Shown: positions 41,602-56,573 of the stretch, in pieces | How positions within the stretch are numbered: the first letter of the stretch is position 1 | Layout of the letters: each line of letters opens with the position of its first letter | Source: Trichosphaerium sp. ATCC 40318 | Taxonomy: Eukaryota > Protista > Tubulinea | Length of the DNA stretch: 64,000 bases | Assembly: GCA_038496445.1 (NCBI GenBank) | Contig: JALMLS010000210.1 | Span: 62,001 to 126,000 of the forward strand | Direction: 5' to 3' | The notes under the pieces: model-generated | The model's input: the letters and a program-made list of their open reading frames with translations, nothing else | Told to the model about the DNA's origin: nothing | Database searches by the model: none | Position numbers and translations under genes: made by a program

Positions 41602-42822
41602 AATCTTGTGGTAGTAAGACTCTAGGTAAAAAGAAACGTTAAGTGCAACTAACTTACGTACTTGGCGGCAATCGTACCCAACCGATACTTCATAATTTTA
41701 ATAAACACTTGCTTTTTTAACTGAATTTAGGAAAAGTACACGAATCGACGTTGCAAAAAAATAGAATTCTTCATGAGTTTTTCTCAAATTACGGACTCTA
41801 TTTGTAGGTGCTTGAAAAACTACGTGTAGTACGCCTTGCAAGTGCTAGGCAAACAACGTACTGTCGTTCACTTTTGACAAAATTCGTTTTAAATAGTATT
41901 GTTCCTCTAAGCCAAATAATCCGCTCATACAGCACCCACCACGCGGGATGTCGCGTTTGGCAGTCCTCGTGATATTAAAGAAGAGGTTTGGTTTCACAAA
42001 ATGTTGTTTAAGCACTAGCAGCCGTGCGTATGGCGACACGTAGCAAATAAGTACGAAAACCAACCGCGTAGCAGAATTGAACTTAAATTCTGATTTTGTC
42101 GCTTTTTGTGCTAGCAACGTTTAAAATATGTTTAACGTGATAAGATAACGGAAAGACGCAGCTTTCACGATCTTAGTGCTTAGATTACGCTCGAACGTAG
42201 ATTGTAGATTATCACCGAACCAGTATTGATGTGCTTAATGACGCGAGCGCCACTCTATGCTGTTTTACTTTATAGAATCGTTTGTTCAAATATTCCCGCT
42301 ACTTAAAACGCAGATGTAAACCTGCAATGAATGAACTCAACGCGATCCTTTGTGCTTTCGCCAGAAGAGATTTTTTTCAATGATATTTGATAGCTTAAAA
42401 CTGACTTCTCGCATTCCTGTGGGAAAGAGGTAGGATGTCCTTTTCCGAAAGAGTAATGATTGTATGTCTATTGTAGTGGAGGCTACATAGAAATTGGCAA
42501 TTAACTCACAGTTCCCCGTTTGTGGTGATGGTTACACCAGCGTCATTCTAGAGCGTAGTACCAACTGGAGGCTAGAAATGTACTACATGAAAAAAAGTCA
42601 CTGTTTCGACTGGTTGAACCTCCAGCGCCATCATAGAGTTGCCTGGTAGCATACTACTGTTTTTGGGGTTTGGTTTTTTTTTATTGGCATGTTTGCCCTA
42701 ACATCTACACAACAATGATCATTCGCTCCAGGGTTAGCGTCACTTGTCATCGTTAAGTAGTGCTAGCAGTAAGTAAATTAAAATCCAAATCACAAATAAG
42801 GTTTGTAGCATAGCATAGCAAC

Positions 42823-45404
42823 ATGGCAGAGCCTGGTCAGTTAACAAAGGAAGAAAGAAGAGAAATGGCTGCTAAGCAGCAGCAAGAAGCGCGGAGCTGG
42901 CTTATAGAAGTGGGAGGGGATGTAGCGAAGGCTCTAGAAACAGATGGGAAGCTTGTTAAACAATTAAAAGGAGGGGTCATTTTGTGTACGGCTTTGAACT
43001 CTTTAAAACCCGGTAGCGTTGATGTCGATGAAGACGGCGTACGTAGAGCATTTTCTTTCACGTGATCTAAACATCACCTTACCCAATTTACATTCGGGTA
43101 TTTCCTTTTTCCATTCGGTTTCTTGTTGTTTTAAGGACGATAGAACAGGCACTAATGTCATTTTTTTAGAGCTTGGATAATGTTAAACAGTTCCTAAGTG
43201 CTTGTAAGGACATCTATGATGTTCCAGAAGCATACTTGTTTGATGCTGAAGCCTTTGAAGCAGGAAGAGGCAGTGGAAGGGTTTGTCCGAATGTACTTTG
43301 TTCTTTGTTACTTACTTGTTTAATTTAAGGTCGTAGCAACAATATTAGCTGTAAGAGATAAGAGTAAGACAATGGCACGTGATTTTCCGTTTTTGAGAGT
43401 AAAAGACGCTAATTTTTGCTTTTTTAAAGCACAGTGACAATGTCACTTGTCTTTCCTTTTTTTCGACGTTCCACTTTGCGCTTTTTTTACTTTTAGGAAA
43501 TAGTTTTTTTTTTGCGTTTGGAAGCGTACTATTTCGTGTTTAGCCCTCCCACCCTAATACCACGCTATTCTGTTGTACTAAATACCGTTTTTTATAGGCT
43601 ATGCTTGAAGACAGTTCTAGTTCTGAGAGTTCTTCTGATGATAACTTGGTTCTTTATACTGGATTAAAGACCGAAGATAAATCTACAGAAGTAGACCGTA
43701 AAATGTCGCTTGAAGTTGAAATGATAGCTGATACTGGTGCTAAAGACAGTTCTTCATCTTCTTCGTCTTCTTCTTCTTCTTCTGACGTACGCAGATCTTA
43801 TTAAAGCCGTCCCAATGATAACACGTGTACAAAGGATTCAGACAGTAGCTCCGACGAGCCAAAGCAAAAGGAAGAGAGCTCCGAAGAAGAAAGCTCTGAG
43901 GATTCCTCAGAAAGCAAAGAATCTATGGAAGCACCAGCTTCGTCAGAGGAGTCTTCTCAACAAAAACAAGCTTCACCAAAGGCTACGGGGAAAAAAGCAA
44001 ATGGAAGCAGTAAGTTATTATTGTGATTATCACGTGATTTATAAATTAACGACACAATAGATCACGTGGTATTATCAAAGACTTCAACTTCTGGAGAGCT
44101 CCAGCTGTGGTTGTATCAAAATAACTTTCAAGATTACGCTGAGACGTTCTCTCAGTATACTGGCGCTGCTTTTATGAGATTAGTTGGTGATAGAGAGCGT
44201 TTGGAACGTATTGTTTCACCACAACACTCATTCTTAATGGAAATACTTCTTGAAGAAAACAACGCTAGTATGTACATCACTTCTTTTGATCTTTTTTTTT
44301 TTGTGGATGTTTAAACTTTTTTTTGGCGTTATTTAAAGTTTCTAGGTGACTTTATTGAGATGAAAAAGATTCAACAGAATAGCTTCCGTTTGAGTACACT
44401 TGGTGAGTATTAATTTTTTTATTTGGAAGTGAGTATTAACATTTTCTTGAAGGTGTTAAAAAGGATGTATCTTCTGGAAAAAAAAAGGCTAATGGAAAAG
44501 TGTTGGTACGAGACCTATCACCGTGATTCTGCGATTATTTGCTGATAAATTAATTATTTAGATATCCGTCGGTTCATCAAGCGAAGATTCAGATTCTGAT
44601 GATACTGAACAATTCGAAAAACCAGAGAAAAAAGTATCTACAAAAAAATTGCAAAAATCGGAGCCTAAGGCAATGAAGAAGACATCAGCAAAACAACTCA
44701 AAAAATCGTCGTCATCAAGCGATAAGAAATCAGACAAAACCAAAGAACCTAAAGTAGCTTTGGATGAGAAGGTTCGCCATACATACAGCGACCCAACAAC
44801 ATTTAACATGATATTTAGCCAAAGAAGAAAAAACGTCATCTAGCTTCTCATGAAAGAGACTACTTCACTGGTAAACCACTCACCCCAGATAGTACGTTAG
44901 TATTTAATAGGCCTATTATTTACTTGTTCTTTAGCACCGGGAGTTATAATCACTGGTCGTTATGCGTGCCTTAAACAAAACTTCAAGTGTCTTAATTGTA
45001 AGTCCAAGAGTTTTGATGATCCAAGTACGTACCTGTTATCTACTTTACCATTCTAACGATATATTTCAGAGATAGCGCATCACAGTATGCCAGATGGTGA
45101 CGGTTTGTATTGTGCTGAATGTATTGACAAGCTATGGCCAACCCGACCTCCAAAACCTGCTCCAGAATTTGAATATCAACGTATGTACTTTTTATTTTCC
45201 TTTACCTACTTTTGGATAAAAAATGACTTCTCTTAACCCTCTTTTCTAGAGGAAGGATCGTACAAGGCTATACGAAAACGGGAAAAGATTGAGTACAAGA
45301 TCGAGAAGTTACAAGCCAAGCACGAAGAGCTCATGAAACCAAAGGAGAAAAAGGCCAAAAAAGGAATACTAGGCATGAAGAAAAAGAGTAAGGATAAACA
45401 TTAA
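42823..45404 (+). CDS. Calponin-homology + SAM-like + LIM-like cytoskeletal protein
   Basis: EARSWL..LKGGVILCTALNSLKPG (CH); ELQLWL..NFQDYAETF..YTGAAFMRL (SAM); FKCLNCK..GLYCAEC (LIM-like); Ser/acidic linkers. Confidence 0.7.
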
Positions 45405-45761
45405 CAATAACAAATGTAGCTCTCCTAAACCCATAAATAAATTTTGCTAATTTACTATTTTAATAACATGCCATACTCCCTTGGGTTAGCTTCTATAATA
45501 GCCAGCCGTGAAACTTTGCTTCAATAGACATCTTCCAAAAAAACCAGTTGGTTTGTTTTTTGGTTTTTTTCATACTTTCAGAAATTCTAGACCATATTGC
45601 TGACACGTGCATGAACTCTCTGAAGAAGTAAAGCGTTTATACTTTAATAAATAAATTGCAGTATATGCAGTAGTTTGTTTGTATGTACAATAGTTACAAG
45701 TAGGAGTTTTTTTTTTGGTTAAAAATAGCATCACGTTTTTTTTTGTTTTTGTTTTTTCTTG

Positions 45762-46349
45762 TTATATGGTGTGGAAGGGCACTTCTTCGTCATCAAGCTC
45801 GTCAAATAGATCCTCACATCCCAAATCCTTTTTTTTATGTAAAAATGCTCTCTTGCGCTTAAATTTGATCAATGTCAATGCGTAGTGCGAGCCATCAGTG
45901 CTTGAAATTGAAAGCCATCTTTTTTTCTTCCATCTAGAAAACCTCGTTTTTCTCACTGGGTTACCAATTGTTGTCCTGTAGATCTTTGTCTATAAATACT
46001 ATAAGCATGATGTAACATTCTATAGTACTCCGAGAAGCCTTCACTGAGTGGTGTTGAAGTAAAAAAACGGCAGCAAAAAAAAAGGGTCGTTTCGCACCTT
46101 TGTTTCTATTTGTAGCGTCCCAGGTATATGTCTAGGCCAATTAACTCTCGGTATTGATAGAAACTGTGTGTTTTTATCACATGACGCATCGTAACGTTTA
46201 CCTATTCCAATGTCACGTGTATATAAGGGATAACCTTTCGATTTTTCCGTACGTCCTACAAGAATGAAACATTTTATAGTTCTCTCCTTTGTAAATAGCT
46301 CATTGTGAAGTGAATACGTCATTATCTTTATATCAAACGTTGCCATCAA
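45762..46349 (-). CDS. Hypothetical protein, 3' exons; upstream part unresolved or degenerate
   Basis: Two ORFs separated by intron-like sequence; no recognisable motif. Confidence 0.3.
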
Positions 46350-47421
46350 AGGAATAAGCGTAAATACTGAAAAAGAACTGATGAAGTACTGGCTTACTAG
46401 GCGAAACTTCGGTAAAAAAAAAAAGTTCCTTAACGAAGAATTCTCGATTCTGTATTATTTGGTTTGTCCCATTATTTGCGGTACAATCAAGAGCCAGGAA
46501 AACAAGTCATTCCGTGAATATCTTCATATCACACCTGTAGTGGTAACAATTTTAGTGATGTTTTTGAATCGGTCTTAAGATGAGTCCAGGAACGAAAAAG
46601 TTATCCTGAACATGAAGTATAACAAAGGAAACGTTGTTGAAGATATGGATATCATTCAATATGCTGTGAATGCGTTTCAATGGAGACGTGAAGAAAACGA
46701 GTTAATGCATGAGTTTGTATCACAAAAATCATAGAGAAACAAACCAGATGTTTCAGTTGTCAATACCTTAATGAAATTGATAATAAGTTTGTAAAAAGTG
46801 CTTGGATTCACCGATATAGAACGTGTCAAAGTCCATAAAAAGAAATATAAGTACTTGCTACACCAACCATAAACGTCCAACAACTAATGACCTACAGAGT
46901 TCTGACAAGCGTCGCAACCCGAAATCCCTACCAGAGTGCCACCATCTACTCGACCACGTACAAACTCACCACGTGTACCACAACCTACAACTCAAGTGTC
47001 CTCTCTGACGCTGACAACAATTGCTCCAACTACAGAGGCGTTGTGATCGACTGAAACTTTGATAACCGGTCCTATGGAAAATGTCAAGTGCTCTTTTGGT
47101 AGTTTACCATTGGCCTAAACGATGTGTTCTCTCAACAACCACTCTGATTACTTCCTAGCTGCTAGAAGCTTAAAATTGCAAATGCAACTTTCGTATCTCA
47201 AGACAGTGAGTCTGTGAACAATTTGCCCAAATAATTACGGCGAAAATAGCCCAATTTTACAGTTCCCGTTTAGCAGTTCGGTAAATGAGCATACTGTCGT
47301 ATTTGCTGGTTTGGGTACTTTAGACAGTGAGTTCAGCTTTCAGTGATCACTTTACATTCGGTTGACTTTTTGGTGGTTTCACCTGAGAGATATTTTACTT
47401 ACAAACTAAAACCCGCACAAC

Positions 47422-48655
47422 ATGGCAGAACGTTCAATAACAGACGTGGCAATGCAAAATCCGCTAGGTATAGCCACTGGGCTTCTTGCTGCAGGCGCAA
47501 TGGGCTTAGTATGGTGGTTTGGAGGAAAGGAGTATAAAATAATGGAGAGATCTGCAGCAGATGGCGTAATCGATAGTGGAGAGATACAGATGTATAAAAA
47601 TGTAAAAGAAACTTATTATTACGTCGGTGGCGGCCTGGCGATAACAGGTGCATCAGGGTATGCGTTTTATAAGTTACTGGGTACGTATTACGCGGTTGTG
47701 ACATAAAAATAAACAACTACCGTAGAAATGACTTCAATGGATAATTTCCATGTTATAAGCTCGCTTGCGTTTGTAAGCAGCTTTGGGGGATTGATTGGAA
47801 GCTTCTGCATGCCAAAAACAAACACAGTGTACGAAAAGAACTACAGATACCCTCAGCCCTATCTAATTACCTCATTTGATTAGTGGACGTGCTGTAGCGT
47901 TTTCCTTATTTAACATTGGAATGGGCGCTGCTTTATCGCCTATTGGTACGCGAGGATGAAATGATAGCCAATTAGCGGTGTTTTCATTGTTTTCTAATTT
48001 TAGTGTTCGCGTTCGAGAACGTTTCATTAAAAGTCCTTTAGGTTTCATTGATCCAGTGCTAACCAGTCAAGCTGCACTAGCTACAGGAGCTGTAGTAGGT
48101 GGTATAACAGGAGGTACACTCAATCTTCATTTGCTAGCGTTTGGACCCTGTTTTATGCAGAATTTACTTTGAAGTAACAAAAATTAACTCTTTTCTTTTA
48201 GTTGCCCTCTCAGCTCCACTCACTAACAAATGGATGTGGTTGGGTGCGCCTTTGGTTGTTGGTTTGAATGTAATGACTGTTGGTACGTCAAAATCTTACA
48301 CTCAACACTTGCTTGCTATTGCTCTAACTTTTCTTTTTTTTTCAAAAGTCAACTTGTCCAAAGCTCTTACTGGATCCCATATCCTTGATTTCGAAATGTC
48401 TCTGTGGGGTACAGGTCTATTCTCTGCGTTCTTGCTATTCGATACTGTAAAGCTGTTTCACAAGGCAAGAGCAGAAGGTGATAATTATGATCCTATGCTC
48501 TCATCTTATGATATTGTGCGTGTTTTTTTGATGCATCTTTCATCTTTATCAAGCTTTTTCTGACTTTCTTTTTTTAGTACCTTGATATATTGCGTATCTT
48601 CATGGAAGTCCTTAAGGCAATGCTTGCTGCAAAGAAAGACAAAGATAACAAATAA
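47422..48655 (+). CDS. GHITM: Bax inhibitor-1 family protein, GHITM/TMBIM5-like
   Basis: VKETYYYVGGGLAIT, QAALATGAVVGG, WLGAPL, LFSAFLLFDT and YDPM...YLDILRIF. Confidence 0.8.
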
Positions 48656-49022
48656 ACTTGATCCACTCACGCCACGTTATCAAACAAATACGGTCGGGCT
48701 AAACCATAGTATGTGTTTGTGAAAAATGATGTTGTATTTATTTCTAATAAATAGTATACTGGTATTTATGTAAACTGAAGTGTTGGGTCACCTTTTGAAA
48801 AAAACTCTTACTTTAGATGCCAATCACGCATGGAAATCAGCAGTGAACAGCCACAAACTATGATCAAAGTGGTCCCTGAGGTTATAACGAAGGTTTAATA
48901 CTGCTACAGGCTTGTAAGATTAACGAGACCTGAATTCTGAGACACGAAATTGAGACATTCTTTGACTTGTTTGAAATGTGAGTTTTCGTTATTTTTCTTT
49001 TGATCGCCAATAACTCAACCCT

Positions 49023-49535
49023 ATGCGCATCTTTATCTTCGTCTCATTGTTTATCGCTTTCGCTACTCTAGCTGCAGTCATCCCACACGGTTCGTATTGT
49101 GGAGAATACGACGAGCTCGCTTCTATTCGCATTGATGTCCTTTCTGAGACACTAGTTAACCTCAACGCAACTGTTTTTGGAAGCCCTGTTGTTTGCGATA
49201 AAGAAGCAGTACGTACCCTCCTTTTTCACGTTTTAAACTACGGATTTATTACCTAATATCACGTGATGCTAAACAAACTTCGAAAGGTCCAATACGATCC
49301 GACATCTCAAGTGATTGTTTTACCAGACATTAAAAAGCCAGATGATTGTGTAGGAAAGATTCTCTTGAACTACGGTGTAGATCCAAGCGCAATAGCCGCT
49401 CATTTTGACCCTTCTAATAATACAGTCGCTCTTGTTGTTGAAGGATACATTGACATTAACATGGAGGAATGTAAAACAATGCCATACAGTACGAGAAAAA
49501 AAAACTTTCTTCCAAACCAAATTTGGCCTTTCTAA
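49023..49535 (+). CDS. Small secreted protein, two exons
   Basis: Signal peptide; PHGSYCGEY start; four Cys; intron at about 49209-49286. Confidence 0.7.
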
Positions 49536-49771
49536 CATTCTTTCCTCTTTAGAAGTTCTCAACGGTTTGTAATCTTTCTTTTGGGTTATTAATAAATACC
49601 GATTCTCCACTAATCTTTTTCTGTTACTTTTTCCAAATCACGTGGTAAACTTAATAATGTATTGACAAACGACCGCAATTTCTGTAGAAAAGAGCTCATT
49701 TTTTTACATAAAAAAATAAGAGCTTCAAACACTGCGCATTAAGCCAAGCGTTCCAGAACTGTATTGTAATC

Positions 49772-50923
49772 ATGTCGACGGCATTACGCGCTTGTTTAGT
49801 TGTATTCTCACTATGTAGTCTGTTATATAGCCAAGTACAAGAGAATAACGTTGATGTTAGCGTGTTCTCAAGCGATGTCGCTCTAAACTACTCTCTTGGT
49901 ATTGTTGTACCGATTGGTGGAAGCGGGCAAGTTAACGGCAATTTTTGCGCCATTAATTACAAGATTGACGGTAAGTGGCGTTAACCAGTGTGACCACGTG
50001 GTATTTGTATTCCTCACGTGATTTTGAATAAAATTAGATGACGCATACGTACAGCTTGGCTTGAGAATACAAAATAGAAGTGGTATTGGCAGTGTGCCAC
50101 TACAGGATAATTATTATTTGGCTGACAAAGGAAGATACACTCCAAATAACGGATCTCTATGGAATGTCGATGTACAAATTGATACCGGTACTTCTTACCT
50201 TGGAGAGCAGCTTGGGATGGCGTTAAATCCTGTAAACCTAAAAGATGAAGAGTACGTCGCTTGAGAATCTCAAAACTATTTTGGGTTTTTTTTTCGTTTT
50301 GGGTTTTTGCTGTGCACGTTTTAATTGGATCTTCCTCAGGTATGATGTACAGTTTAGATTTGATATAGACCCAACCGATAACGTCAATTTTATCGATGTA
50401 TTATTTGCAGAGGCTTTACAAAATGTGACAAGTTCTTTGATTTATTTAATTCAACTTTCTATACCACCTGCAGTTGGCCCTTACTTCCTGAATCCTGATG
50501 TACGTTAAAGAATATTTTCTGTGCTTTATAAAGATTTAAGAATAGTAACCTCGACTTACTAATACTCCAACATACGTTGAAAGCAGACTATTGATCACGC
50601 AACACTTTTCCTTTATTTTTTTTTCTTTTTTTTTGAAATCAAGCAGTTTTTTGGCTTACGAGCTTCTTCTTTAGATACCAGGTCAATACACCTTCGAATT
50701 GAACCTTATAGCAAATTCTACAAAAGAAGTTGTGGCACAAGTCAGAACATTATGTTTAGTTGATGTTCCTGTACCAACGCCAGTAGCACCAAGTCCTCCT
50801 TCGGGACTTACAGCAGGGGCAATTGTAGGAATTGTTCTTGGTCTTTTGTTTGGGATTGCAATGATTGCTGTACTTCTTTTCTTTGTCCTAAAGAGCAAGA
50901 ACTATCAACCCATTAAGAGCTAA
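49772..50923 (+). CDS. Type I membrane protein with a short tail carrying YQPI
   Basis: Signal peptide, Pro-rich stalk, TM helix GAIVGIVLGLLFGIAMIAVLLFFVL, tail KSKNYQPIKS. Confidence 0.75.
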
Positions 50924-51269
50924 AGAAAAACAAAAGAAGCTCCTCAGCAAATAAAGAAATTCAAACAAATTAAAAAGAACTTTTTATTTTAGAGTTGCGG
51001 TGTGCTGCATGCGTTGAGCTTCCTGTTACTAGTTGGTAGACATTATCTGTCAAGTGAGGACACAACTCATTCAGTGCCTAGAGAAACACCGGGAGACGAG
51101 AAAAACAACGTACACATTCTACCTCTAGAAACAAAAGTGTGTCCCTTAGATGATAATTATTTAGTGTGTTGTTCATTGTTGTTGCATATACTCCGGATTT
51201 CAACAGTGAGTTTGCGTCCCCTGATGAAAAAAACCCTGAAAAGAGATGCCTAACGAGGTCATGTACGTT

Positions 51270-51770
51270 ATTATAAGACCTCCAATGCGTGCTATACTCA
51301 ATCTTATATTGGGCGGTCCAGTGCCAGCTGGAACATCTGGTACAGCAGTAGAGACTGCTCTCGCTGCGTATGACCTTTTTTTGAGTTCTATGCTTTAATA
51401 ATTAACATCTTATTTCATTTCAAAGTGCACGTGTCCAAGGTTTGGAAGTTGTTGTTTCCGCTGGAAACATTAATACAGATGCTTCTTTGCCACCTGCAAG
51501 GTTTGCGGAGGGTATAACGTACGAACTTTATTGAATTGATAAGCAAGTTCAACAGCGGCAAACTGTACCTAATGCTTAACAAGTATACTGTTACTAAGCC
51601 TGTTTTAGACGGTCCAAGTTCTTTGTCTATTTTGTTACAGCATAGCCATATCCATACCCTAGACTAGCAAGAAGCCATGCTGTTGCTGAACTATTGACAA
51701 CTTCAGTAAACCACCATTTACTTGATTTGAAAGGATCCCAACCAAGAATGTTACGTTCTGTCACATGTTG
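51270..51770 (+). pseudogene. Subtilisin (S8) peptidase remnant
   Basis: AILNLILGG and GLEVVVSAGNINTDASLPPA resemble the NMSLGG and VVVAAGN..DA..SPA motifs; LDLKGSQPRML resembles the C-terminus. No catalytic His or Ser motifs found. Confidence 0.55.
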
Positions 51771-53039
51771 ACTTCCAAAATTGGCCAGCTTGCATGAATT
51801 AGAAAACATGCACAAAGGAAAATAAAATATTCACATCCTCAGCGCTGGCTGTATTTGCCTTTAATTTTTACAGCGCGTAGCTTCAATCAACACTCTTTTC
51901 ATATTGAGGGTGTGCTGGCTTGAACCAAGCAACGCTAAACAAATATGAGGTTCAAAGCAAGTTGGCCCTGGGAACTCTACTTGAAACAAGTGAGAGTGAC
52001 AAAAACACGTCAGTGTTGCTAATGTAAGAGAGCTTCTGCGCTTGCTTCACATACCAAAAGACACAGTTGATGCTCCACAATGACCTACCATTGTAACTTG
52101 GTGAACTAGCAAAGTAAATTCTGTGCTTAGCAGTTGCTGCTTTGTTTATACAAAGTTACTATTCGGAGACAAGTACCAATGTAATGTGGTTCAAGTCATG
52201 TATTAAGTAGGAAGAAGGCCGACTTTGAATGTTAAAAATCAAACGAAGATTGCTCACACATTATTTGAACTTGACAGAGAAGAAATCCACTACTATTTTT
52301 GAGTTAAAAATTGCGTACATTATTTCTAACCGTACTCCGTGCCCAATCAACTGAGATTAGTCTCATAGATGCCCTATTGTCAATGCATGTTCGGACTGTA
52401 TGTTAGAACACGTGAATACTGCGTATTTTAAATGTTCTAGTTGTTAATCTCGTGGGACTTCGTGTGTCCGAGATGCAGCGTGAAGATTCAACATTAGTGG
52501 CTACTGTCTGACCTACATGAGAAAAGCATTCTATAGTACAATAAGCAAAATTAGCGCTTCACTGTATGACACGTGAACTGCAGGAAATAAAGTTCGATGA
52601 AACTTTTCAACAACTTTCTGGGTCTAATATAGGTTAACAAACACGTTTTAGTCGAGATTGGGACTCGTTTTCCTATGTGCATCGTTTGTTACTAGTAGTT
52701 ATTAGGTCACGTGATTACCACACAATAATACGCAAATATTTTTCATAAAGTCAGAAAATCACGTGACTAAAACAGAAATCTCGAGATCCCACGGGATATA
52801 TCTAATTCGGCTATTTTTTGCGTCTATCATAAAGTCTTTATTGGAACTTCCTTGCTACAATAACTAAAACATAGTCATTTCTAGGCTTCTCAAGTACACG
52901 TTTTATCGAAAATTATTTAGACCTGTGAGTCTTTGACATGTGCAATATACTATATAGCGCTATTGATTGCCCATGTGTACTTTAATTCAAACTCAGCCGA
53001 GAAAAGTCAAATAAAAGCAAAAACAAGCAACAAAAAAGC

Positions 53040-53453
53040 ATGAGCAAACACACAAGAACTATGACAAATACTAGACATCCTATCTACCGTAAAGGTTTAT
53101 CGGTATCGGACTTGTTAGCACCATACGTAAAAAGAAGTGAATTAAAGCGAAGAGGGTTTCCGCCAACATACGAGCAATCAATGCTTAAACTAGGTACAAA
53201 AAAACTCAACTGTAAAACGTGCTTTATTGTTAACTTCTCTTGTTAAGTTGGTAGATTTCATTTACGACAACCTATACAAGGCAAACCAAAGGAAGAAAAA
53301 AAGTTGCAGTTGCTAAAAACAATGCAACAGAAAGGACCGTTTCAGTGTAAGAAAGCGTTCATTGTAAAAAGCACAACAAAGTTTTATTGGCAGTATTACA
53401 CGGAGGATATTTTGCTGATTGTGTTTCCACCCAAATCTTTTGAAGCTCTTTAG
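53040..53453 (+). CDS. Small basic hypothetical protein, multi-exon; end approximate
   Basis: ATG in good context; AG|GTAC donor near 53194 followed by a further exon. Confidence 0.3.
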
Positions 53454-54714
53454 ACAGATCACAGGCACTGTATTGGTATTGTAAATAAAAATAAACCTAT
53501 TTAAAGCGAAAAATTAATACACCAAGCAGTGATAATAGTAAACCTTTTGAACTTGTTCAGATACCCAAATATTGACAATGGCGGTTTCGGCTAGTTGTTC
53601 CTTTTCATGATTGTAGCGTACTGAGTCATAAGATGAGGTCACGATGAATGATACTGATAACTAAAAACAACACTTGAGAAAAAACTAAAAGGGCAGGTAA
53701 ATGATGACGTTTGAAGCCCGTGAATTAACGTGCTCGGAACTTCTAACAAAATTCACATAAACCTTTCACAATCAATAAAACATGGAGTTTGTCCATAAAC
53801 ACATGTTTTAAAAAAGATCTTATAAAGCAATTATACAACCTCATAAAGCAGTTTGGATTCTAGCGCTATAGCGTGAGAATAAAGCCGAAAACTGGCACTT
53901 TTTCAAAACAAAACAAAACAACACAGAAAATAAGAGATACACGGGAAATAAACAAAGTGGATTACTCAGTATTCGAAAAAGCTGTCGACATGACATATAA
54001 AATTACTTCAACTTTCTAAAACTATTTTAGGTTGATGTAACAATTCAGTTCGCTCTCTTACAAACATCTGTATGGTTCCTCGGGTACCAAGCGTAATTAC
54101 ATTTTGTAACGATGATGACATAGTACGAATGGTATTCTATGGAACGGCAACCAGCAACAGTCACCTATATTTAACCCATAAGCACAGGGTTGTTTTTTTA
54201 TTGTAGCGCGTCTTCCGTTTTATACACTCCTAATTGTGTACAATGATTTGAAAAATATGGTTCTGATTTTCACGTGCTCAATACCCTTTTACAAAATAAC
54301 TGTTTTTAACCACGAAATATAGATAGGTCTATTCTACGTCGCTAATTTAGCTAAATTTGGGGTGCTGGTTTTGGGCTTGGGTGACAACATTTTTTGGTAG
54401 AAAACAGCTCATTTTTTGCAAATCAATTTGCGAAAAGTAGCGCTAAGCCCTTTTCCAAAGTTCGAATATCACAAAAGTTATCCTTTTACTGTAGCCAGCA
54501 TTTGAAATAGACAACATTTTCTTTCAAAACTAGGTACGTTTAAAAAAATGCACAAGTGGATTCTTTGTCTTCCCAGTTTTTTGTTTTCAAAAGATATGGG
54601 TGTAGGGCAAATACAAGTGAATATAGAGCTCTGTTCGGTTTCGGTGAGGCTTGTAGCTTTGAAAACAGAGTATTAAAAGATCAGGTGATAAATGTATATT
54701 CAAGTACATTCTGT

Positions 54715-56573
54715 TTACTGTGGGGTTATGCGGAACATAGCAACGCCGTGAGGTTGAACATGAGCAGAAAATACTCCTGCAAACGTACCAACGTCCTTGT
54801 GCTCATACAAGTCTCTGAATTTGGCAGATCCTGAAATACCTATCTGAGGGAAAGAAGCGGTGATTGATACAGCAGAATCATTCGTGTTAAAGAGCACTAA
54901 CGCCTTATCTCCATTATGCAATGGACGGACCCATATTTGTTTTCCATTTAGATTACTAACACGTTGGCCTTGTTTACCCATTGGATCTTGGTCAACAGCA
55001 ATGATCTCCTTGTTAAGTAAGATCTCTAACAAAAAGTAAGACAAAGGTAGATAAAAGTACACTACAAAAGAAAATGACAAGCACTTACGTCTAAAGTTAT
55101 CTGTTATTGTTCGAAGGTCATTGGACATGAGTAATGGTGCTGCAAGGATAGACCATATTGCCATTTGAGATTTCGCTTCTTCTTCATTGAGACCGGTGTC
55201 GCCGATGATCAACATATCAGGGTCATTCCATTGTCCTGGTCCAGCGTTTGGAATCAACATTGCTTGATTGTCAGCACACCAATTGATAATACCTTGTTAA
55301 CACGATTAACTTCTGATTCTGTTGTATCTAATTTATACCTAGAACAGACTTCCAGTTATTTTGGATATCGTCATACATACGCCACATGTTGCCTATAACA
55401 TCAAACTTAGGAAACGAAGAAAAAAAAAGTAATTCTGGTACAATTCTTTGTAACGTCTGACCAAGTCACATTCATGTATGCCGGCCAACTGCACGAATAA
55501 ACTAAGATAATTAATTCAGGATTAACTGTGCTATACGATTGTGACAGTGGGTAAAGTGGAATACAAAAAAAGCAAAATTAATCGTCTTGTGAATTTTTTT
55601 CTCGAAGTATATTGTACCGAAAGGACGACCAGTTTTTAACAAAGCACGACTCATTTGTGGGTAACCAATATTTTTTGTAGCTTCATCTGAATAGCAGCCT
55701 GATAAAAAAGTATTGTTAGTGTAAAGAAGACAAATAAGCTTGCTTTTTGTTTATTAACTATTCTGAAGGCGTACCGTCTAATTTGAGCATATCGATACCC
55801 CAAGAAGCAAAAGTATCTGCATCTTGTGTTATTTTATCGAGTGTAGTTCCAGGGTAACCGCCACAAGTATGTGTACCCAAATCCTATCAAATTTCGTCAC
55901 GTGACTTAACACTAAAACTAAAACTCGAAAATGTAAGTAAAAAACGAACCTCATAGATACCAATCTTGAGTCCTTTGGCATGGATGTAATCCGCCAGCCA
56001 TTTAATACCGTGAGGGAATCTCGTAGGATCAGCTTCAAGACTACCATTAGCGTTCCTGCCTGCTTTATTCAACCAACTAAATAACATAAATTTGTTGCTA
56101 ACAAAGTTGAGCGTATGTTACCAATCATCAATGTTCACGTGATTGTAACCGGCGTCCTAAGGAAAAAGTTGGACGTTACTTCACACGTGTTTATACAACG
56201 TACAAGGTAACCATCAGCAGCCATTCTATCGGCCATATCTAAGTTGTAACAATGTTATCTCACGTGCGTTTTGGCAAATACGGAAACAACTGCCAACTGC
56301 CAAAAAAAGTGTTAAAATTTTAACTTTTTGGTACCCATAAACAGTTTTTCAGCGATACAAGTGTCTGGTGTTGCTTCGCAGTCGATATTACATCTAAACT
56401 TCTCCCAATCAAGCCATCCCACTATACATGTAAGTTAGAACGTATTTGTAACGTTTCGGTTAAATTTCGATTAAAAAAAGCTTACTGACAGGCGTTCGCG
56501 CTTGGCCGTTGTCGAGGCCACTCACAGATATTGCGAAAGCAAATATTATCAATAAAACAGCGTATCCCTTCAT
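54715..56573 (-). CDS. NAGA: GH27 alpha-N-acetylgalactosaminidase
   Basis: [36 protein letters not shown] and [15 protein letters not shown] matches the NAGA pocket rather than alpha-GAL (YSCEWPLY). Confidence 0.9.

Noticed and set aside
42410-42670. Short complementary segments and a T-run suggesting a Pol III RNA
   Set aside because: Stems are only 5-9 bp, and no RNase P/MRP, SRP, U3 or tRNA consensus boxes were recognised.
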